Origin: Octopus sinensis
Taxonomy: Eukaryota
NCBI RefSeq assembly: GCF_006345805.1
Contig: NC_043003.1
Location: 101,494,001-101,558,000 of the forward strand
Reading direction: 5' to 3'
Length of the DNA: 64,000 nt
In this document: piece by piece, positions 50,401 through 63,649 of the stretch
Position numbering within the stretch: position 1 is the first letter of the stretch
Layout: every line of letters begins with the position of its first letter
Made by a program: the position numbers and the translations under genes
Notes under the pieces: model-generated
Told to the model about the DNA's origin: nothing
What the model saw: only the letters and a program-made list of their open reading frames with translations
Database searches by the model: none

Positions 50401-53400
50401 ACAAAATTTTGTCTACCGTGAAGTACTGTGTGGAAGACCACTGCACCAAATAACATCACCACCACACCAGCTGCTCCATCATTACACATCCACATTACAC
50501 CTTTAAGATTGGGGAACCAGTTAGGGACCTGCTGGATCTCTTGGCATATTAGCAAGCCACAAAATCACACCAGCCAGCATTACTACTACCTCCAAGCCCA
50601 TCATATGTATGTATGTGTTTGTCCCACCCACCATTGCTTGACAACTGATGTTTGTACATTTGCATCCCTGTGATTTAGCTGTTCAGCAGAAGAGACTTAT
50701 AGTATAAGCACCAGGCTTACAGGGAATAAGGCCAGGGGTCAATTTTTCTTCAACTAAGGGGTAGTGCTCCAGCATGGCCACGGCTAAATGACTGAAATAA
50801 GTAAAAGGCTAAAAGAATACCAGAAAAATGTTCTGTACAACTAAACCAGGATGGTTCTTTGAATATGTACGATGTATTTTAAGGTTAAATAGTAATTCCA
50901 TTTACGTTTGTGTAACTGAGACATTTTGGTTGGATTATATAGTCATTGGTGTTACATTACTTTCTATATTCTGTAACTGTCACATTATACTTTTCTAGGC
51001 TTGAAATTTTTATGGGAAGGGGGCCAGTTGATTAGATCGACCCCAGTACACAACTGGTACTTTATCAACCCCAAAAGGATGAAAGGTCAAGTCGATCATG
51101 GTAGAATTTGAACTCAGAACATAAAGACAGACTGTCATAATATGCAAACATTTCTCATGACACCAGTACACTGTTTACAGATGCTTATATTCTTTGTTTT
51201 CCATGAATTTTTCATGGTTTCAGCTAGTTATCATTTCTTATATCTATCAATATATGGCCAATTTTTTATTCTCTCTAAGTTCAAGATGTAAAATAATTTA
51301 GATATTGCTAGTTATTTTGTTTGGTGCTCTACCAATTCTACCATTTATCAGGAATGATTTTAGGGTAGCTACTCATGAATTGTTACCATATGTCCCTTTA
51401 AAGCTTGGTGAGACACATGTTTTCTTGTGAAATCAGACTGAAGTAAACAAATATACAAATTTGTTAAAAATATCCACTCTTGCCAACTTAGAAAATAGCA
51501 GAAGAAAACTTCTTATAATTGACAGAATGCCATGTAATTACAGAGGATGGAGGCCAATCAGTTGAGTTGAATAGCAACACTACAGAATGACTCATACCTT
51601 TGTGGTTCAGTACCTAAAACTGAGTCACTGTATTTGAGCTATCCCAAGTATTGATCTGTTCTGTCTTTATCATGAATGTTTTTTTTTTAGATTAAACTGG
51701 TTACTTAATAATTTATTTTTTTTACTTTTCCTCTTTCAGTCTGAACACGAACTACACACTCAGCTCATGTGTTTCAAGGTGAGATTCCTCAGGGATTTTA
51801 TTGTTTAACTTTTTTTTTGTAGTAATTTCAGTTTAATTATATTTCATGGTAGTGATTCATTAACGATTTTGTGGTCAACAATGTTGTAGTTATTTGTATT
51901 GGTAAAAGATGAAATAAATGTATACTGGTATACATTTATACAATATATTGATGTGCATTGGAAATAGATGAAGTGATAGGGAATAGATTTGTGGTTCAGT
52001 AGAGCTGGACTTCTAAAACAGTGTTCACCTACAGTATTAAGTTAACACCGTTTTATGTTCATTGTGTTTTGCTAAGTATTACTTGTAATTGAAGTTAAAT
52101 CATGTTGTTAAGCTAAAGGGAAGTGAAGGAGTATCATCATCATCATCATCTATAATACACAAAGATGGCCACTGTGCAGACAAGTAATGACAGGTTGAGA
52201 GAGATACCTGAAAACCTGATATTTCCCTCTGACAAAACTTAATAAGTACACAACACATTCCTTGGATAATGGAACGGTACCTTTAATGATTCTACAAAAA
52301 GAAAATAACTGTGTGTCTCCTTGTCGTAAATCTCTGTGTTACCACGTGTAGCAACCACGATTGAAAACACGCACCACACACGAATATATACACAAAGCGA
52401 ATTTATATTATACTTTCTTCGCTGAGGCATTGCAGTGAGTATTGTGCATATAATTGTATCTTTTTTCATTCACACACACAATGAGGAAAGCGGGAACAGT
52501 TAACAAAAAATAAGATCTTATTTATTTATCTCCCTAACAAGTGTGCACATTATAAACACACCAATCATTGACTCCTTACATCTCTTGATTGCACATATAA
52601 TTGTATCTTGTATACACACATACAATGAGGAAAGTGGAAACAGTTAACAACAATAACAAAAAATAAAACATCTTATTTATCTCCCTAACAAGTGTGCTAT
52701 ATCTTCACTTTTTTTTTTACCTTTGTACTATGGTATGGATGGGCAGACAGAACAAAACTGCCACGGTATCATCTGTGGATGAGCTGTGCGACAAAACTGG
52801 TCACTGTCCTAAAATAGAGCATTGCCCAGCAAATCACATCTGTCATCTATGCACAAAACTCAAAAATTCCTTCCAAAATAGATGGGTTGACTGCAGTAAA
52901 TGTCGTGTTTCGATCTGCTTTCAATGTGCCACAAACTTTCAGAAGATCCCAGGTCAAAAGAAAGGACACCTTACTTCTATGATGGATAAACTCTGGGAAA
53001 TAGTCCAGCTACCAAACTGGTCATTTCAGTGCCATACTTGTGTGTCTTCTGCTGCTATTGCTGCTGAACAGCAAAAACCAACTACTTTGTCTCCCAAAAC
53101 CAGTTCTGTTGATGAAGAACAAAAATTAAAGCAACAAAAATCGGCCATTCCTGTTGAAGAACATCAACAAAAACTTAATCTGCCTATGTCTTCCTCCCTT
53201 ATTGCTCTTCAACAACAAAAATTGATCATTCCAGCCGAAGTACATCTCCCGATACTTCTCAACATCAGCAAAAATCAACCATCAGCACAGAAGTTGCAGA
53301 AATTAGACAAATGATTTCTGCTTTAAGCCGCGAAATAGCAGGAATCAAAACCAGCATCTGTGCTAAACCTCACAAGGAGGAGTCGTATCAGAGTGCCTTG

Positions 53401-56400
53401 CTCAGCAATTTACCTGTAGCTCTTACGGAACCTCAACGCATAGAGGAAGTTGCTGAATCAACCACTCATGAGGTAATTGCCATCGGAGTGCCGGAAGATG
53501 TGGTAGATCTACAGGCATTTACTAGAAACTAATAAGGACCTCAGCTGTGTTCCTCCAAAAAGTGCTTTCTGCCTTGGCCGACCAGGATCCAAACCCAGAT
53601 TGATCCGGCTGATGTTTTCAAACTCTACTGAGGCATGGGCATACATACCATCTAGCAGCTGATAGGGATCGGCGCGGAAACAGAATTACCTTTAGGACAT
53701 GTCCTGGCCTACCACCTGATGTACGCCCAAAGCTAAGATCTGTAGCTTCCCTAAATCGCAACTCTGTGCCACAGGAAAGCTTTAGCCTACGTGATGATGG
53801 GCAAATATGGAAATTTATCAAGTCTGGTGAGTCGTGGATAAGGGATATTAGTTGGACTGAGCAAACTGCATCCACAACAACTTGCAATACAAAAATCATG
53901 GGAAACTAAGCAAGAACAATCAGCCATCCCCTGTATATCATCGCCATCTGAAATCCAGATACAAACTGTTGTCCTTGAATGCCCGTAGTTTATGCCACAA
54001 GGTACAGCTTTTTGACTCTTATGTCAAAAGTATCGACCCAGATTTCATCACAGTCACGGAAACATGGGCACATTCTGCACTCTGTGATGGGGTTTTCAGC
54101 ATAGCCGGCTACAACCTGTTCCGCAAAGACTGCATTAATCGCTGTGGTGGAGGTGTGATGGTTTATGTTCGATCAAATCTATCAGCAATTCCTTGTGATG
54201 ATTTGAACCAATCTCAGCAGAAAGTATTTTTCTGCAATATACATATGACCATGTCAACACTTCTGCTTGAAGTTGTTTACCGCCCCCTGAATTATCATCA
54301 AGACACACAACTTTTTGATATCCTCAGAGCTGCTGCCATGAAAACAGCCACTTATGTTTATATTATGGGGGACTTCAATTTCCCTGAGATTGACTGGGAG
54401 GCCTTCTGCTGGCCGCAAAGTGCAGGCGATTTCCTTGAACTGGTGCTGGATTCAAATTAGCCCCAAGGGGTAACAACACTTTGGATCTGTTATTTACCGC
54501 TTCTGAAACAATTATTAGTGTCACTACTGAAGAACCTTTTGGTGACTGATCATTCTATAATCATGACCGACTTGTCTCTGATTGGTTGTAACAAAAACCA
54601 CAACCATTTTCAAACTGCCCACTTTGACTGGAATAAAGCAGACTGGAGCTCTTATTGTACTGAGCTGCGACGCCCAAACTGGCTCGAATTTTATGCTTCT
54701 GGAGATGTGAACACTATACTTCAGAACATTCTGAATTCAATATGGGCAGCATGTGCAGCAGTCCGACTTGCTAGGAAAGAACGCCGTAATGCTGAACAGG
54801 AATACAAATTGCATAAATCAGAGATCAACAGGAAAAAGCGCAATAGATCAGCCAACCATCTCAAGCAGGTGACAAAAAAGGCAGTGCTTGAATTCGAACA
54901 GCGCATAGCAACCAACCCTGACAGCAAAGTGTTCTGGAAGTATGTACGCTCAAAGCAGAGACCTCACTCTCCAGTTGGTCCCCTTCACAATCCCCACACA
55001 GGACAGATTACTGGCAACCCCAAAGAATGTGCAGAAATCATTGCTGAATGCTATGCAGGCATCTTTACTGTCGAAGATCAAAATGTTCCATCTCCATCAC
55101 CTCTGACACCGGACTCTATAACTACTATGAAATTTACACCAGCAATGCTACAACGCCACCTTAAGAATAAACATAACTATGTCTCTCCTGGTCTCAATGA
55201 TGTTACATTCTCAAATGCGGTGGATACTTTCTTCTAAACCAACTTTCACTATTCTTTCAATTCTGTCTTGACAATGGTGTTACTCCAGAGCAGTGGAAAA
55301 CTGCCAGTGTTATCCCTCTGTTCAAAAAAAGTGACCATACATCGCCTGTCAACTATCGCCCTGTTAGTCTTACTAGCTGCATCACCGAACTGATGGAATC
55401 CTGTGTCAGAGAAACCCTCTGGAACTTCTGGAAGTCTCACAGCCTCATCCAGCCGTCACAATTTGGTTTTATTCCTAACTCCAGCTGCTGTAATCAACTC
55501 ATCGAGTTTCTTGAGGACATTACCCGAATCACTGATCGCAGATCCTGGGTGGATGTTGTTTACCTGGACTTTGCTAAGGCTTTTAATTCTGTGCCACACA
55601 AAAGACTTATGGTGAAACTCTCTGTGATAGGTGTAAGAGACGATCTCTATAACTGGTTAAAGTCCTTTATCATCAGCCAAAAAGAGGTTGTCACAGTTCT
55701 AGGACAGCACTCTTCACCCTATGAGATGACATCTGGTGTACCACAGGGATCTGTTCTTGGCCCCCTTTTATTTGTTGCATATGTTAATGACATAGATGCC
55801 AACTTAAAGAATGCCACAGTGCTTAAATATGCAGATGACATCAAGCTGTACCTCGAAATAAAGAGGTCAGATCCTGTACACTATAGATCTCTATTGCAAT
55901 CAGACCTGGACACAATGCAGCAGTGGATCATGGACTGGCAACTTAAGCTGGCTGTGGACAAATGTACCACCATGCATTGTGGGAGGAGAAACCCAGCGTC
56001 TATCTACTTCCTCCACAACACTAATCTAAAAAAGTCTTCGTGTGAACGTGACCTGGGTCTTATTGTCGACAGCGATTTGCGTTGGACAAAACACATCGCT
56101 AAAATTGCCAAGAAGACTGAGGGTGTCTTGGCATCACTCACCAAGTCCTTTGTGAGCCGCTCTCCGGCTATCTATCTGCGGCTTTATATAGCTATGGTAC
56201 GACCTCACCTGGAATTAGCATCACCGGTCTGGAACCCCTATCTTGCCCAGGATATTAATCGTCTGGAAGCCGTTCAGCAACGTGCACCCAAGAGAATACC
56301 CTCCATCAGGCATTTGCCATATTCTGAACGCCTTACTTCCCTGGACATGGATACGTTGAAACTCTGACGTCTGGCAGCTGACTTGGCAGACACCCATGAA

Positions 56401-59400
56401 ATTATTAACCATCTTACTAACAATAACTCTGAGCACCTTTTCAAACTCCATCTGTCTAACACCCGTAGACATGTTTACAAAGTCAGAAAACAGCTCCCAT
56501 GACTTTCGGAAACATTTTTTCACGCTAAGAGTGGCTGAAGCATGGAACAAACTGCCGGCATCAGTTGTTAGTTGTCGGAGCACTGCATCCTTTAAAACTT
56601 CCATGCTTCCTGAGATTCGCCAACACTACACCTGATTTTCTCCCCTCCATACACACGCAAGTATGTATCTGACTCATACACTGTTCACTTTCCAGGCATT
56701 TGTACATTACTGCATATACTTTATACGCACTTTTGACAAGTTGTGGTGCGCCTGAGCACTGTATACAATAATTTCATTATTATAATTACTCATCATTGTT
56801 TTAATGTCTATTTTCCCATGCTTGCATGGATCTGAGGATATGTTAGGGTTGGGTTTTTCTATGGCCAGATGTCCTTCCTGTCACCTCCAACCCCCTCTCT
56901 TGTTTCCAAGTGAGGTAATAACCTCCCAGTCTGTTGAACAGCTAACAGCCTGGACATGTTTTGTGTGGGGAACTGGAAGCAAACAAAGCTTTTTAAGGAG
57001 CCTTTTGTTTACAGACCAGTGGAAATATAAACATACAAACCAGTGGAAACAGATGAACATACAAATATATATATATATGGTCATCCCATAAATAATGCGT
57101 TTTTTTATACTTTTATTTTTTTAAATTAAGATAAGTAAAGTTGTTTTTTAATTTGAAATACACTCTCCTTCATTTTCTACAATGCTCTTCCATCTTTCAA
57201 AATTCACTTGTCCATGATGAAAAGTACTTTTCCACTACTGTTCTGACCTCGTCTATAGAATTCATGTTTTTTCCATCCAAATGATTTTGAAGACTACAGA
57301 ATAAATGATAATCAGATGAGGCAATATTTGGCAAATATGGTGGGTGGGGCATCGTTTCCATTCGAACTGCTCAAGCCTTTCGAATGTCATCTTCACTGTA
57401 TGTGGCCAAGCATTATCCTGATGGAAGAACACCTTTCATCTTGAAACCATATAATGTCATTTTTCTTCTAGCGCTTACATTAGCCACTCAAACTGCTCAT
57501 AGTAGATCTCCTTTGTTATTGTTTGGTTTGGGTTTAGAAGTTTAAAGTGGACTAAACCTTTCATATTCCACCAAACAAATAACAACACCATATGTGAGTG
57601 AAGACCTTTAGCTTGGGGTGCCACTGTTTCTCCTTTCCCTACCCACTTTCTTCAGTGTTTGACATTTTTATAGAGAATCCATTTTTTCATCCCCAGTCAC
57701 TATTCAATCTGTGAGATATGACAGCAAAAAAAAAAAAGCACACATTCACTCTCTGCACAGTATTATACTCAGAATGTTCGTGAGGAAACCATTGACCCAA
57801 TTTGCTGACTTTACCAATGGTACACAGGTGTCAAATGGTTGAATGACCAAATCCAAGCTTCTCTGCTAGTTCCTCAACAGTTACAATGGGGTTTTGTTCC
57901 ACCAAGGTTTGCTGGATGTCCTCGTTGAACTTTAAAGATCTTCCAGGACAGGGCTCGTTTTCTAGGCTGTAATTTCTGGCTTGAAATTTCTGGAACCACT
58001 GTCGACACTAGCTTATACTTATTATCTGATCCCCATATACTGCATAAATATTCCTTGCACTTTCCATTGCATTGTTGCCTTTATTGAACTCATAAAGCAA
58101 AATATGCCAAATATGCTTTGTCACTTCCATTATAGCTTTGTAAAAATAACTGTTAAAATCAAACTGACTCTTCAAAACTTGCACTAAGGATAAGAACAAG
58201 GTAAAATTACTACCTGCTTTTTTAGCAAGTTAATGCAGGTAGTTTATTCTGTCTCCCTCTGACTTAGTCCATGCAATTGAAAAAACCACATCATTTATGG
58301 GATGACCCTATATATATATATATATATATATAAATAAAAACACACAGACACACAACAGGCTTCATTGCCTATGCCTGTGGTGTAACCAACCCACTTAAGC
58401 ATACCTTTCTTTCATTGGACACTAAACTCTGCTTGCGAAGACCTGTTGAGGCAAGTGAAATGGAAATCTAATTCAATGACAGCACTGTATGACTGGCATC
58501 CATGCTAGTGGAGCGCTAAGAGCACCATCCGAGCATGGTCGTTGCCAGGGCCGCTGACTGGCCCCTGTGCCGGTGGCACGTAAAAGGCACCATTCGATCA
58601 TGATTGCCGGTGGTATGTGAAAAACAACATTCGAGCGAGGGCATTGCCAGTGCCTCTGGACTGGCTCCTGTGCAGGTAACACGTAAAAACACCATTTGAG
58701 CATGGCTGTTGCCAGTACTGCCTGACTGGCACGTAAAAGCACCCACTACACTCTCAGAGTGGTTGACATTAGGAAGGGCATCCAGCTGTAGAATCTCTGC
58801 CAGATCAGATTGGAGCCTGGTGCAGCCATCTGGCTCCCCAGTCAAACCATCCAACCCATACCAGCATGGAAAGTAGACGTTAAATGATGATGAAATCCAC
58901 TTATAAGACTTTGGTCAGCCTGTAGCTCTAGCAGAAGACGGTTGCCCAACATGCCATGCAGTGGGACTGTGGTTGAGAAACAAACTTCACAAACACATTG
59001 CCATTTTGTGACTATATAATAACTGTATACTCTTTTTAAATAACTGTTTTATAGATCAAATTAAATATTTAAAATTTCAAGATTATTTCTGTTTTGTTTT
59101 TTAAAGTTAATTTTAAAAAATTGTTTTCATATACAATTATTGTTGTTAAACTTTTATTTGTAGCACAAAATGAAGAATTTGGTTTGGACAAAAGGCACCA
59201 GTGGTCTTGATGGTGAATTCCAGTCCACTTCAGAACTAGATTTCTACATTAATCGGGTATGACAGAATTTTAGAGGCTCTTTATTTTCAGTTACCTTCCA
59301 AGTTGATGGTAATGTGTGTTTTTGTTGGTGCAGCGAGCCATCTGGTTGATAACAATAAATAAAATACTCTTTTATTTTATATGTTAGTGCTTCCAATAGT

Positions 59401-62400
59401 AATCATTGTAATTGATGCCAGAAAATTGAGTAAATAACCCCAATGGCTTAGATATTTCTGTATTCTAATTGTGAACCAACCATATATAACTCTTTCCACT
59501 CTTAGTTTATATGATATTAGCAGATGTTTATTATCAAACTTGTGAAGCCAATAAAATTTCATGTATTGCTCCACTGTGTGAGAAGTGATTTATTATACAA
59601 ACTTACACTGATAGTTTAGAGAAGGGATGTGGAAAACTTCTTATATCTTTGGCCCTTTCATGGAATATCTAATTACACCCACACTCTAGGTAAATTTCTG
59701 AAATAAGATTAAATCGTATAGTTAATATTTCCTTCATTCTTTTTTGTCATTACCATTTTTTAAATGAATATTTACAGAAATCTAATGAAAATACTTAAAC
59801 AAAATTGTATAAGAACAATAAAAATTCAGTCCTATATTGGTATAGTTGGAATATTTAATGTGAAATGTGTTTAGTGATTACTAATTATTGCATTGATATT
59901 TTGCTGGAAATTACTGAGTTTTAGCCTTAAATTACCATGCTCTTCTAGATTCGGTTTGCTAATAATTGAGCTCACTCAATGCTCAAAAATCACACTCAAA
60001 CACACACTCAAAAGTCAATATTGACCATTTTGTTGTCCCAGGTTTAGACAGTTGACACTACTGACTAATAATATCTCTATTTTCCAACTGGTGAGAGGGG
60101 AAAAAAACGTTTTAATCTATAAGGTTTCAATTCACAGGGAACTCTGGGGGTGATTTCCAGAAATGTGTATTGATGATTTCTAGAAATGTATATTGAATAA
60201 TTCCAGAAACCCAGTTGTTAATGATTATGTGTTTACATGCTTTGTACTAATTTTAATGACCACTTTGATGGTATTTTAACTTTAAATACCATTAGATATT
60301 AAGTCTGAAGCTCTTCTAGTTCTAACCACTCCAGTGTTATTTGTAATGATTCTTATATTTGGCATGATAATTTTTCCTAAACTTTAAATTTGATAATGAT
60401 TTCATAGCTGACAAAGATTTTGCTTTGTTTTTCCTATTATTAGGACATGATCCATGTAGCTGACACAAAGGTTGCCAATCGTTATGGTGACTATTTCATC
60501 CGCCAAATCCATAGATTTCAAGAGGTAAGTGCGATTTTCAGTGTTTTTTTCTTTTTCTCCATGTTCTATTATTATTGGGCAAGCTGGCAGAATCATTAGC
60601 AAAATGTTTAGCAGTAATTCTTCTGGGATTTTATGTCAGCTTTACCTTTCATCCTTTCATGGTCGATAAAATAAAACAAAGTAGTAGTTGAATACAAAAA
60701 TTGCTGTCTGTGAAACCACCACTACTACTGCTGTTTTCATTTATTAGTTATTGAATACTAGCAAATCTTCCCATCTATGAGGTGGGGAAGTCATAACAGC
60801 AGTATGTATTGAGAAATATATGAATGGACTTAATAGATTACTGGGTGGTGTCTTAGAGAAATCACATTATTGTTGGTGATACAGCATTCTATTGCAGCTA
60901 TACTACATGTGTTTGCAACTAAGTGACATGTGATGACAATTCACTCCCGAACTGAAATAGGCTCCCAGTCTCGTATCTTGAATGGTTATGTGGACCACTC
61001 CTAATGAAAGCCAGAGCTTCCTTCACCCACTACACAAAAAGTATTAAGAAAAAAAGTGTTATTTAGATATACTTTTTAGTTGTTTACACTATTCTATACT
61101 TGCTTATACTGTTATACATTCAAAGTTTACAGATTTCATTGTTTAAATTATTAATCATAATCCTTTTGATAATATCAATTTGATTACAAAACTTCTTTGT
61201 AGACGATATTTTCTGTTTGGTTGATACTAATTTTCAATTTACTGAAGTACATTGCTCTACTCATTGTGATGTATAATTGGCAGCGTGTAAACATCGGAGT
61301 GGGTAAAAATACACCTACATTATCTAAAGACCGGCCCTGTACCTTGTTTGCTGTGAATGTGCGAGTGGAATCTTAGGGTTGCAAAAAAGTCAAACTTAGA
61401 TTTACCTCTCCCTGTTCTGTGTGAATAATGTCTGGATGTTCTGGTACCATGGGTTATTTTGAGAGACAAAACTGAGGTGTAAACAACTGCTTCAATTAGC
61501 TGTTATGAATCCTGCTTGAGGCTGACATACTTCAATAACCACTAAATAATCACACACTTTTTCCATTTTAATTTTACTATTAACTGTCCCCCTTGTAACT
61601 CACCTTCATGTCTACGATGGGGCCACAAACTATACAATGAAAATCCAGAGTTACTCTTGGTCATTGAATTTTTAATAAAAATGCGAAGGTCGTTTATCAG
61701 TTCAAAAATTGATGTCCATGAAATAATCATACTTTCTAATTTTTTAATGCTAAAAACCTTCCTGACGACTATCTTTGTAATCCTGAAAAATATCATAACC
61801 ATTGGTCCAGCTGTCTGGCCATGAAGAGGGAACAGACAAAGAGACGAACATAATGCCCATTATAATATGATAGCAAATCTGCCCATCTACGATGGGAAAT
61901 AAAGGAATAATATCGCAAATTGAAACCCTCTAAAATCATGAACTATATGATGGGAAAATCCAGGGTTAATCCTTGTCACTGGAATTTTTAAAAAAAGGAT
62001 TCAAAGGTGATTTATTAATACAAAATTCAATATCCACTAAATAATGATCCTTTTTTTTGCTAAAAGCCTTCCTGATTGCCCCCTCTGTAATCCCCCAAAA
62101 CATTGACTATTGGTCCAGCTATGCTATTTGACCATGAAGAGGGGATAGACAGACGGACATAACGCCCATTATAGTAAGATGAAAATTCAAGACTCATCCT
62201 CTACACCAAAAGTGTTCAGGCATCACATAAACAGCATTTGTGACAGTGCCACATTAACCCTTTCGTTACTATATTTCTGACCAAAATACACCCCTCATGA
62301 GTTTCAATTAAATTCTAAAATATTCATGAATTTAGGCTTGTTTCATTAAATAACTGTAACTTTTTTACTTATCAACATATTAATGTGATATTTGGAACAT

Positions 62401-63612
62401 AATTAAAGAAAGGGTTCTTAATCAATTCTATTGCATAACTTTTCTCTCAAAGTGACTTTAATTACAGGTAAATCGAGCAAATGGTAAAAATTTTTAAATT
62501 TTAAATTGAGCATAAGGTAAAAATATTTTGTTTAAACATCACCATAGAAAATGAATCATCAGCTAATATTCAAATGGGTATGCAACAAAATTTTGATAAA
62601 GAAGAACTGTGCACATCACTAGATCATCAGTTGTATTTAATGCACGACGGGTGTACCATAAAGGTGGAATAAACTGAAATACTGGAATCCACCGCAAGTT
62701 TGACCGAACTAAAGAAATCGGTCAAAAAATAATATACGGCCCTGGTTATGGTATGGAAGTGATAAATTCCAGACCACATCGTTCCCTAGGCCATGCTGAC
62801 TAACATTATTTTCCCTGTATAAAAATCGATGCCGAAAAAAATGTGGAAAAAAATCTCCAAAATTCACTGAGTTCAGATATCACATCAAGCAATGTCATAC
62901 TATAACCCAACTATTTACAAAGTGAAATCACGTGTTTTAACGAATGTACCAACGAGATTTGGGTTCAAATTTACATTTAAATAACAATAGGTTCTCTCGG
63001 CCAGCTACGGCCGGGTTGGTATTACGAACCAAAAAAGTGTTCGAAAGGGTTAAAAGCACCCAGTGCACACTATAATGTGGTTGGTAGTAGGAAGGACATC
63101 CAGCCATAGAAACCAAGCCAAATCAGACTAGAACTTGGTACAGATCTTCACCTTGCCAGCTCTGGTCAAACTGTCTGGTCCATGTCAGCATGGAAAATGA
63201 GCACTAAAGGACGATGATGATGAAGAAGAGATGAATGTGGCCCACCATCACACAGATTTTGCTTCTAGCCAGCAAAGGAAAAGAAAGGACGCATTAGATA
63301 TTATAGTTAAAGATACACTATATCTGAAAGAAAAAAAATTTGGATGGTCATATGTTAAAATATTAAGGGAAAACAGTAACAAAAGTTTTGGAAAATTTTA
63401 TTGCAGAATTTTCCCTTTTAAATAATTTCACCATTTTCTAGCTGTTTCTGATGTCACACACAAACACACACACACATATATACATACATACACACCATAC
63501 ACATGCAAGAGTGATTCCAAATGTAGGAAGTTTGTAAACTTCAAGCAGCCTGTGGCAGGAAGTTACCATATAACTTATGGTTGGTTGCTAACTCTAGTTT
63601 GGACTTGTATGT

Positions 63613-63649
<37 letters not shown>

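Noticed and set aside
60151-60210. 23-bp unit repeated about 2.5 times, superficially array-like
   Set aside because: A simple minisatellite without spacers. Eukaryotic intron, not CRISPR.
60930-60990. GTGATGA...CTGA as a C/D snoRNA
   Set aside because: The boxes are only 15 nt apart, with no terminal D box or stem.
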